DNA from: Kiritimatiellia bacterium
GTDB taxonomy: Bacteria > Verrucomicrobiota > Kiritimatiellia > RFP12 > UBA1067
DNA: 60,217 nt
Assembly (NCBI GenBank): GCA_045641465.1
Contig: JAZUGW010000226.1
Location: forward strand, 1 to 60,217
Direction: 5' to 3'
In this document: in pieces, positions 18,384 through 25,724 of the stretch
Numbering within the stretch: the first letter of the stretch is position 1
How the letters are laid out: each line of letters begins with the position of its first letter
Notes under the pieces: model-generated
What the model was told of the DNA's origin: nothing
Database searches by the model: none
What the model saw: only the letters and a program-made list of their open reading frames with translations
Program-made: the position numbers and the translations under genes

Positions 18384-20216
18384 ATGAACAATCTGACGGC
18401 TGATGAACTCCGCGAGATGTACCAGAGCTTCTTCGAATCGAAGGGGCATGCGCGCATTTCCGGTGCAAGTGTGATTCCTGAAAACGACCCTACCGTGCTC
18501 TTTACGACCGCGGGCATGCATCCGCTGGTGCCGTATCTGATGGGACAGATGCCGCATCCGGCGGGCACGCGCCTGACGGACGTGCAGAAGTGCGTGCGCA
18601 CGGGCGACATCGACGAAGTGGGCGATGCGGCGCATCTGACCTTCTTCGAGATGCTCGGCAACTGGTCGCTCAACGACTACTTCAAGAAAGAGGCCATCAG
18701 CTGGTCCTTCGAATTCCTCACCACGAAGCTCGGCTTCAAGCCCGAACAGCTCAACGTCACGGTGTTCCGCGGCGAAGGCAAGGAAGGCGACGAGGGCTAC
18801 ATCCCGGCCGATGAAGAGGCCGTGGCGATCTGGAAGTCCCTGGGCATTCCGGAAGAGCGCATCTTCCGCCTGCCGCGAGAAGACAACTGGTGGGGTCCGG
18901 CGGGCACGACGGGTCCGTGCGGTCCGGATACGGAGATGTTCATCGACACGGGCAAGCCGAAGTGCGGGCCCGACTGCCGTCCCGGCTGCCACTGCGGCAA
19001 GTACATCGAGATCTGGAACGACGTCTTTATGCAGTACAACAAGAACGAAGAAGGCAAGTTCGTTCCGCTCGGGCGCCACAATGTCGATACGGGCATGGGC
19101 GTGGAACGCACGATCTGCATGATGTCCGGTGCGGCGACGGTGTACGACACGGAGATCTTCGCGCCGATCATGGCGAAGATCGACGAGCTCTCGGATGCCG
19201 CGGCGGTGGCGAAGCTGGATCCGGCGACGGCGCTCAAGAGCCGCCGCATCATTGCGGACCACATGCGTACGGCGACGTTCATCCTCTGCGATCCCAAGGG
19301 CGGCGTGAAGCCGGGCAACATCGGTGCGAACTACGTGCTGCGCCGCCTCATCCGCCGCGCCGTGCGCTACAGCCGCTTCCTCGGCATTGCGCCCGGGTTC
19401 ACGGTGAAGATGGCCGAGACGATCTGCGCGAAGTACAAGCACGTCTATCCGGAACTCGAGGTCAACCTCGCGACGTGCCGTCAGGATCTCGAGGCGGAAG
19501 AGAACCGCTTCAACGCGACGCTCGACAAGGGCGCGGCGATGTTCGCGAAGGTCGCGGAGCAGCTCAAGCTCCATGGACAGAACCAGATTTCCGGCAAGAC
19601 CGCGTTCAAGCTCTACGACACCTTCGGCTATCCGCTTGAGATGACGCTCGAGCTCGCGAAGGAGCAGGGCCTCGAAGTGGATGTGGCCGGGTTCGACGAA
19701 GCGAACAAGAAGCACCAGGAACTCTCCCGCACGACGAGCGCGGGTTCGTTCAAGGCGGGCTTGCAGGACAACTCGGCGGTCGTCACGCGCATGCATACGG
19801 CGACGCACCTCCTCCATGCGGCGCTTCACAAGGTGTTGGGTCCGACGGCGAACCAGAAGGGTTCGAACATCACGGCCGAGCGTTTGCGTTTCGACTTCAC
19901 GTGGCCGGACAAGATGACGCCCGAGCAGCTTGCGGAAGTCGAGAAGCTCGTGAACGGCTGGATCGCGGATGCGATTCCCGTCACGAAGAAGATGACCACG
20001 GTCGAGGAGGCGAAGGCGGAAGGCGCGATGGCGCTCTTCGGTTCCAAGTACGGCGACCAGGTTTCGCTCTACTCGATCGGCGACGTTTCGAAGGAGATCT
20101 GCTGCGGGCCGCATGTGGAGAACACGAGCGAACTCGGCAGCTTCAAGATCCAGAAGGAGCAGAGCTCCTCGGCGGGTGTGCGCCGTATCAAGGCCGTCAT
20201 CGGCAATCTTTCGTAG
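18384..20216 (+). CDS. alaS: Alanine--tRNA ligase (short form)
   Basis: LFTTAGM, HLTFFEMLGNWS, EIWNDVFMQY, DTGMGVER, editing HTATHLLH and CCGPHV, GVRRIKA; ends without a C-Ala domain. Confidence 0.95.
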   Translation: MNNLTADELREMYQSFFESKGHARISGASVIPENDPTVLFTTAGMHPLVPYLMGQMPHPAGTRLTDVQKCVRTGDIDEVGDAAHLTFFEMLGNWSLNDYFKKEAISWSFEFLTTKLGFKPEQLNVTVFRGEGKEGDEGYIPADEEAVAIWKSLGIPEERIFRLPREDNWWGPAGTTGPCGPDTEMFIDTGKPKCGPDCRPGCHCGKYIEIWNDVFMQYNKNEEGKFVPLGRHNVDTGMGVERTICMMSGAATVYDTEIFAPIMAKIDELSDAAAVAKLDPATALKSRRIIADHMRTATFILCDPKGGVKPGNIGANYVLRRLIRRAVRYSRFLGIAPGFTVKMAETICAKYKHVYPELEVNLATCRQDLEAEENRFNATLDKGAAMFAKVAEQLKLHGQNQISGKTAFKLYDTFGYPLEMTLELAKEQGLEVDVAGFDEANKKHQELSRTTSAGSFKAGLQDNSAVVTRMHTATHLLHAALHKVLGPTANQKGSNITAERLRFDFTWPDKMTPEQLAEVEKLVNGWIADAIPVTKKMTTVEEAKAEGAMALFGSKYGDQVSLYSIGDVSKEICCGPHVENTSELGSFKIQKEQSSSAGVRRIKAVIGNLS

Positions 20217-20384
20217 GTTTTAGGTTTTAGGGATTAGGTTTTAGGTTTTAGCGAGTAGTAGGTTTTATTGATTAGGTTTTAGGTTTTAGTGAGTAGCAGG
20301 TTTTGCCGTAGACGGCTCGGACGCACTAAAACCTAAAACCTAGAACCTAAAACCTAGAAAACCTGGATGTCAATGAAAAACCTA
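20214..20384. repeat. Heptamer TAGGTTT tandem array followed by its reverse-complement (AAACCTA) array
   Basis: Many taggttt units at 20214-20304 and taaaacc/aaaccta units at 20327-20384, forming a long imperfect inverted repeat. Confidence 0.85.
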
Positions 20385-21128
20385 CGAGAGCTCTATTTCG
20401 CCTACGTGGATACCTTCCGCGTGGACGGCGAGCTTCCGTTGATGATGGAGCTCAAGCGTATTCACACGGCGAAGGTTGTGGAGAATGCGCGGGCGATCGT
20501 CGCGGGCGAAGGGTTCGATGCCGCCACGGCGCGCGTGTGCGAGCTGGCGGCGCTTCTGCACGACACGGGCCGCTTCGAGCAGCTCCGGCGCTACAACACG
20601 TTCCGTGATTCGGACTCCGTCGATCATGCCGTTTTCTCGCATGACATCGTCCAGGAGAAGGGCTGGCTCGACGGATGCGAACCGTCCGTGCGCCAGGCGA
20701 TTCTCGATGCGGTGCTGTTTCACAACCGGCGCGATCTGCCCGACGGACTGGATGCGCTGACGCGTGCGGCGGCGCAGACGGTGCGTGACGCCGATAAGCT
20801 TGACATCTTCCGCGTGCTGGAAGACCGTGTTGCGAATACGGACTGGCGGCACGACTGCCAGGCGTTCTGGAACCTGCCCACGACGGCTCGTCCCAATCCC
20901 GCCGTGCTGGCGGCGATTCGCGAGGGACGTCCCGTCGACTACCAGAACATCGCGTCGCTGGCGGACTTCGTCCTCGTGCAGGTGGGATGGATGGTGAGCG
21001 GCCTCGCCTATGCGACCTCGCGTCGGCTCTGCGCCGAACGCGGGCATTTGGCGTTTCGTCGGAACTTCCTTCACGAGCTGACGGACGACCCCGCCGTGGA
21101 CGAATTATGCGACTTGGTGAAGCTCTGA
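20367..21128 (+). CDS. HD domain phosphohydrolase
   Basis: KRIHT...ALLHDTGRFEQ...SVDHA...HN...VRDADKLDI. Confidence 0.85.
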   Translation: MSMKNLRELYFAYVDTFRVDGELPLMMELKRIHTAKVVENARAIVAGEGFDAATARVCELAALLHDTGRFEQLRRYNTFRDSDSVDHAVFSHDIVQEKGWLDGCEPSVRQAILDAVLFHNRRDLPDGLDALTRAAAQTVRDADKLDIFRVLEDRVANTDWRHDCQAFWNLPTTARPNPAVLAAIREGRPVDYQNIASLADFVLVQVGWMVSGLAYATSRRLCAERGHLAFRRNFLHELTDDPAVDELCDLVKL

Positions 21129-21164
21129 TTTCCATTCGCGCGAAAATATGATATAATACACTCC

Positions 21165-21668
21165 ATGGCAGAAAAAACGGCAGTCTATCCGGGGACGTTC
21201 GATCCCATGACGCTTGGTCATTTCGATTTGATCAAGCGTGCGGCCGGTTTGTATGACCAGCTCATTGTCGCGGTGGCGGCGACGAGTACGAAGAACGGCG
21301 CGCTGTTCGACGCGGCGCATCGCTTGGACATGATCCGCGAGGATGTGAAGGTCGCGGGGTTGACGAATGTTTCGGTGGAGCTGCTTGATACGCTCCTCGT
21401 CGACTTCTGCCGTCGGCGCGGCGTGCGCACGGTGATTCGCGGCGTGCGCGTCTATTCCGATTTCGAATATGAATTCCAGATGGCGCTCACGAATCGGCGC
21501 ATGGCGCCCGAGATCGAGACGCTGTTCATGATGCCGAGCGAGAACCTCGCCTATGTCACGGCGTCGACCGTGCGCGAGATTGCGCGCTATGGCGGAGATA
21601 CGTCCACATTCGTGACGCCGGCGGTGCAGAAGCGTCTGGCGGCGCTGCATGCGGCGGTTCAGGCTTAA
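21165..21668 (+). CDS. coaD: Pantetheine-phosphate adenylyltransferase
   Basis: AVYPGTFDPMTLGH, RGVR...DFEYEFQMA and STVREIA. Confidence 0.96.
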   Translation: MAEKTAVYPGTFDPMTLGHFDLIKRAAGLYDQLIVAVAATSTKNGALFDAAHRLDMIREDVKVAGLTNVSVELLDTLLVDFCRRRGVRTVIRGVRVYSDFEYEFQMALTNRRMAPEIETLFMMPSENLAYVTASTVREIARYGGDTSTFVTPAVQKRLAALHAAVQA

Positions 21669-21691
21669 AATATTAGAGAACAGGATTCAAG

Positions 21692-22180
21692 ATGGAAATG
21701 CAGGAAAAAGTTCTGATAGACGTGGCGCGGCTCGACAAGGACGGCGAGAACTATACGGGCGTCCTGGATGATGCCGTGCTGGAGATGACGGGCGATCTGC
21801 TGCGTCCTTTTGCGGGCATTCGCTACGATCTTTTTGTGCAGCTTTTTGGCACGGAGCTTCTCGTGCGGGGCACGATCGCGCAGGATTTTGACGCGGTCTG
21901 CTGCCGGTGCGGAGGCGATTTCGACTTCACGACGACCGTCGATGACTTCACGGCCAGTTTTGAAGTAAATGAAAAAACTGAATTTGTAGATTTGACTGAT
22001 GAGCTAAGACAGAGTATAATACTCGCTTTGCCGTCATACCCGATTTGTCGGCAAGACTGCCGCGGGGTGTGCCCGACGTGTGGAAAGAACCTCAATGAGG
22101 GTCCTTGCACGTGTCAGCATACAGAACGTGACAGCCGGTGGGGGGCCCTCGACGGTCTCCAACTGGAAGAGGAACAGTAA
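21692..22180 (+). CDS. yceD: YceD/DUF177 family protein
   Basis: CCRC, LALPSYPICRQDCRGVCPTCGKNLN...DSRWGAL; directly upstream of rpmF. Confidence 0.9.
   Translation: MEMQEKVLIDVARLDKDGENYTGVLDDAVLEMTGDLLRPFAGIRYDLFVQLFGTELLVRGTIAQDFDAVCCRCGGDFDFTTTVDDFTASFEVNEKTEFVDLTDELRQSIILALPSYPICRQDCRGVCPTCGKNLNEGPCTCQHTERDSRWGALDGLQLEEEQ
21992..22020 (+). promoter_or_regulatory. Sigma70-type promoter internal to yceD, likely driving rpmF-plsX
   Basis: TTGACT (21992-21997), 17-bp spacer, TATAAT (22015-22020), with an AT-rich tract upstream. Confidence 0.7.
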
Positions 22181-22219
22181 ACGATTTGGTTACACAAATA
22201 AAAGAAGAGAGAGTGCATC

Positions 22220-22405
22220 ATGGCATCACCGAAGAACAAGAAGTCGAAAATGCGTAAGCGTCAGCGTGAGGCGCAGCTCGAGAAGGCGATCCTCGCTGAA
22301 GTGCAGACCTGCCCGAACTGCGGCGGTCTGAAGCAGTCGCACCGCGTCTGCCCGAACTGCGGCATGTACAACGGCCGCAAGGTGCTGTCGATCACCGCCA
22401 AGTAA
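22220..22405 (+). CDS. rpmF: 50S ribosomal protein L32 (zinc-ribbon type)
   Basis: MASPKNKKSKMRKRQR...CPNCG...HRVCPNCGMYNGRKV. Confidence 0.96.
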   Translation: MASPKNKKSKMRKRQREAQLEKAILAEVQTCPNCGGLKQSHRVCPNCGMYNGRKVLSITAK

Positions 22406-22412
22406 AGGGCGT

Positions 22413-23456
22413 ATGACGCGCGTTGCGCTCGATGCGATGGGCGGAGACAACGCTCCGGGCGAAATCGTCCGGGGCGCTGTCGAGGCTGCTGTCGGCCTGG
22501 AGGACATCAAAGTCATCCTGGTCGGCAAGCAAGATCAGATCGACGCCGAGCTTGCCAAGTACCCGAAGGAGGTCGAAAAGGCCCGCAAGCGGGGAACGCT
22601 CGAAGTTGTTCCGGCTTCGGAGGTCCTGGAAATGGACGACGAACCGGCCAAGTCCGTGCGGGCGAAGAAGGACTGTTCGATCAATGTCGCCATGCGCCTC
22701 GTGAAAGAGGGCAAGGCGGATGCCTTCGTTTCGGCCGGAAATTCCGGTGCCGTGTCGGCGAGCGCGATTTTCAATCTCGGCCGTATCCGGGGCGTCCACC
22801 GCCCTGCGATTGCGGCGATTCTGCCGACGCGTCGTCCGATCCGCCCGCTGCTCCTGCTGGATGCCGGCGCGAATATGGACTGCCATCCGGACTGGCTCGT
22901 TCAGTTCTCGATTATGGGCAGTGCCTATTCGAAGGCGGTGCTGAAACGCACGAAGCCGCTCGTAGGGCTTCTGTCCATCGGTACGGAAGACTGCAAGGGC
23001 AACGAGATGACCAAGGAGACGTTCGGTCTGCTGAAGGAGGTCAAGTCGATCGACTTCCGCGGCAACGTCGAGGGTCATGATATTTTCCAAGGGCAGACAG
23101 ACGTCATTGTGTGCGATGGTTTCGTGGGCAATGCCGTGTTGAAGACTGCCGAGTCGCTCATCCATGCGATCAGCTACTTCCTGAAGAAGGAGTGCTTCAA
23201 GGGAATTTCGCGGATCATGGGTGCGATGCTGCTGAAGGGGGCGTTCAAGTCCTTGAAGCAGCAGCTTGATCCGGATATCTACGGCGGTGCGCCGCTGCTG
23301 GGTGTTTCGGGGGCCGTGATCATCTCGCACGGTTCGTCCAAGCACAAGGCGATCTACCATGCCGTTCGTGTGGGTGCCAATGCGGCGCGTAACGATGTGA
23401 CGGGACAGATCGCGGCGATGATCGAGGAGTACGAATCCTCGCGTAAAACACTTTAA
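22413..23456 (+). CDS. plsX: Phosphate acyltransferase PlsX
   Basis: RVALDAMGGDNAP, SAGNSGA, LDAGAN, VCDGFVGN, YGGAPLLGV and SHGSS. Confidence 0.96.
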   Translation: MTRVALDAMGGDNAPGEIVRGAVEAAVGLEDIKVILVGKQDQIDAELAKYPKEVEKARKRGTLEVVPASEVLEMDDEPAKSVRAKKDCSINVAMRLVKEGKADAFVSAGNSGAVSASAIFNLGRIRGVHRPAIAAILPTRRPIRPLLLLDAGANMDCHPDWLVQFSIMGSAYSKAVLKRTKPLVGLLSIGTEDCKGNEMTKETFGLLKEVKSIDFRGNVEGHDIFQGQTDVIVCDGFVGNAVLKTAESLIHAISYFLKKECFKGISRIMGAMLLKGAFKSLKQQLDPDIYGGAPLLGVSGAVIISHGSSKHKAIYHAVRVGANAARNDVTGQIAAMIEEYESSRKTL

Positions 23457-23485
23457 GCGGCGAGCATCTGGCTCGTTCGTTTCAT

Positions 23486-23562
23486 CGGAGCGTTGCACAG
23501 TCTGGTAGTGCGTCAGCTTTGGGAGCTGAATGTCGTGGGTTCAAATCCCGCCGCTCCGACCA
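23486..23562 (+). tRNA. tRNA-Pro (anticodon TGG)
   Basis: Cloverleaf: CGGAGCG acceptor, TCAGC-TT TGG GA-GCTGA anticodon arm, GGTTCAAATCC T arm, encoded CCA. Confidence 0.95.
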
Positions 23563-23582
23563 TCCTTCGCGATTTTGGCTTT

Positions 23583-23880
23583 GCCAAAATCGGCTACGGA
23601 TGGCACGCCATCCTTCGAAGAAGGTGGCGGGCCAGGAGGAACTGGAGCGAGACGCAGTCACGCGGAACGAAGGATGCCCTCCGTAGCCGTTTTCGCAGAA
23701 AACGCGAAGGAGGGCTGGCATGCTGGGTGGCCAAAATCGGCTACGGATGGCACGCCATCCTTCGAAGAAGGTGGCGGGCCAGGAGTAGCTGGAGCGAGAC
23801 GCAGTCTCGCGGAACGAAGGATGCCCTCCGTAGCCGTTTTCGCAGAAAACGCGAAGGAGGGCTGGCATGCTGGGTGGCCA
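23583..23880. repeat. 147-bp tandem duplication built of inverted REP-like palindromic units
   Basis: 23583-23729 and 23730-23876 are near-identical (differences ggaggaac/ggagtagc and gtcacgc/gtctcgc); contain CCTTCGC-hairpin-GCTACGG and the inverse CCGTAGC-hairpin-GCGAAGG. Confidence 0.9.
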
Positions 23881-23927
23881 TTGGTATGTTACTCGTCTGA
23901 AGGCTGTTGTTCTATTGGGGTTCTTTT

Positions 23928-24170
23928 ATGTTCTATACCTACATTCTTCGTTCAATCAACCATCCTGATCAGCGCTATATCGGCTCAACCACCGATTTAA
24001 AGCGGCGCTTCTCGGATCACAACAGCGGGAATGGCTGTCCGTCGTCTGTAAGGTATGCGCCGTGGAAGCTTGAATGGTATTGCGCTTTTGAGACGATTGA
24101 AAAAGCGCACGCCTTCGAGCTCTACCTCAAGTCCGGTTCTGGACACGAATTCGCCCGTCGGCACTTTTAG
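23928..24170 (+). CDS. Small stand-alone GIY-YIG nuclease
   Basis: YTYILRS...YIGSTTDLKRRFSDHNSG...PWKL...AFELYLKSGSG. Confidence 0.88.
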   Translation: MFYTYILRSINHPDQRYIGSTTDLKRRFSDHNSGNGCPSSVRYAPWKLEWYCAFETIEKAHAFELYLKSGSGHEFARRHF

Positions 24171-24251
24171 CCGAGATTGGATATTTCCCCGGCAAGCGTC
24201 TCGGAGATGTTGAGGCAATAGGCTCGTACTCGCTCATAGGTGGCCATTTTT

Positions 24252-24377
24252 TGTGATAGGCGCGATCGGATTGGTCATGATCGGTCTGAAAGGATGAGGA
24301 TAGGATTCATTTTCATAATTGAATCCCCGGGACTCGACTCATGATCAATCCCATCAAACCAATAGAACCTATCACAG
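24252..24377. repeat. Degenerate 9-bp-period inverted repeat
   Basis: tgtgatagg at about 24252 is the reverse complement of cctatcaca at about 24368; gatcgg/gatagg units face ccatc/cctatc units. Confidence 0.5.
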
Positions 24378-24547
24378 GAGATCCGTCCCATCCGTCCTAG
24401 ACACAAAACACAGGCACTCGGCATTGCATGATGAGTACCTTAGCTTGTTTGGCTCTAGGATTCGCATTTGCCCTTGCATTCAGCTTGTTAGGCGCATTCG
24501 GCGACAAGAAAAATTCATCAAATAATGGCGTAAAATAAATATTGTAG

Positions 24548-25258
24548 TTGAGAATTACGCCCTGTCTGTGGTATAATTCCTGCCAAAGGAAGGAACTGGA
24601 TTATGATTTTCGCACCTATGTCGAACGTGACGTACGGCGGTTGGTGAATGTCAAGGATTTGATTTTGTTCGAGCGGTTCGTGACGTTGCTCGCAGGACGT
24701 GTCGGTCAGATTGTCAGCTTTTCGGCTTTAGCGGGGGAGACGGGGGTGTCTGCGACAACGATTGCCAATTGGATGTCCATCCTCGAGGCGTCGTTTTTGA
24801 TATTTCGCCTTCCGCCGCATTTCAATAACATTTCCAAGCGGCTTGTGAAGTCGCCGAAAATCTACTTTACGGAAGTCGGGCTTGCGGCTTATCTGCTGGG
24901 CATTGAGACATCGCAGCAACTGGCGCGGGATCCTCTTCGTGGCAATCTGTTCGAGAATATGGTGGTGTCCGAGGCGCGCAAGCAGTTCACGAATCGTGGT
25001 CGTGATCCGCGTATGGAGTTCTATCGGACGGAAAAGGGCTTTGAGATCGATCTGATCCTTGGACGTGGCACGAATGTTCGTCCCGTCGAGGTGAAGTCGG
25101 CGCAGACATTCGACAAGTCGTTCGCACGCAACCTCGCGACTTATGCGGAAGCGGATACTACGTCCGTTTCGCCACTGCTGGTCTATGACGGTGAACCGAT
25201 CAAGTCGTTTGGCCCGGCGGGTGTTGCGGTGTCGAACTTTCGTGCGGTCGAATGGTGA
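24548..25258 (+). pseudogene. 5'-truncated AAA ATPase / DUF4143 family gene (C-terminal half only)
   Basis: Starts at TYVERDVR; has KRLVKSPKIYF, GNLFEN, EIDL and PVEVKS but no Walker A/B N-terminal domain. Confidence 0.75.
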
Positions 25259-25302
25259 GGTGGTCGGCCGAATGAAATTCTGATTTCCCTCTATCTATTT
25301 TG

Positions 25303-25720
25303 GTTCAGAAATGCTACAATACTGACTGCTTTCTTTAGGAGTATTGTAACCTCTGAACGGATCGGCTGCCGGAAGAGGAACGAGAAAGAGTAAAAGGATA
25401 GACCGGTCGTGCCTTATGGGCGGCTGGCTCCCCACGGGTAAAACCGGAGTGGGAGATGTGTTCGGGTGGGAAACCTAACCGAATGCAGCGTACGCGAATT
25501 CAGCGTATGACGCTTATTCTGAAAATCGGCAAAATTTAAGACAAGGCGGAATACGGTGAGCCGCGCTACGTGGGCATCCACGTGGCGTGTTTTCATCATT
25601 CATGTTTTGTCAAGGGCGTTTGCCGATGCCTCAGAATAGACGTGGTGATAGGGAACACGCCACTCTTTTTTTGCCGTTGGGGCGGATCGTGTCTAACAAT
25701 GACGGCAAATGAAAGAGAAA
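25303..25720 (+). ncRNA. Candidate structured leader RNA / attenuator (unclassified)
   Basis: At least seven consecutive hairpins, including a ~125-nt rod (25515-25638) and a terminator-like hairpin + T run (25642-25672). Confidence 0.45.
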
Positions 25721-25724
25721 ACTG

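Noticed and set aside
23583-23880. CRISPR array
   Set aside because: Only two long near-identical units with no unique spacers, and no cas genes
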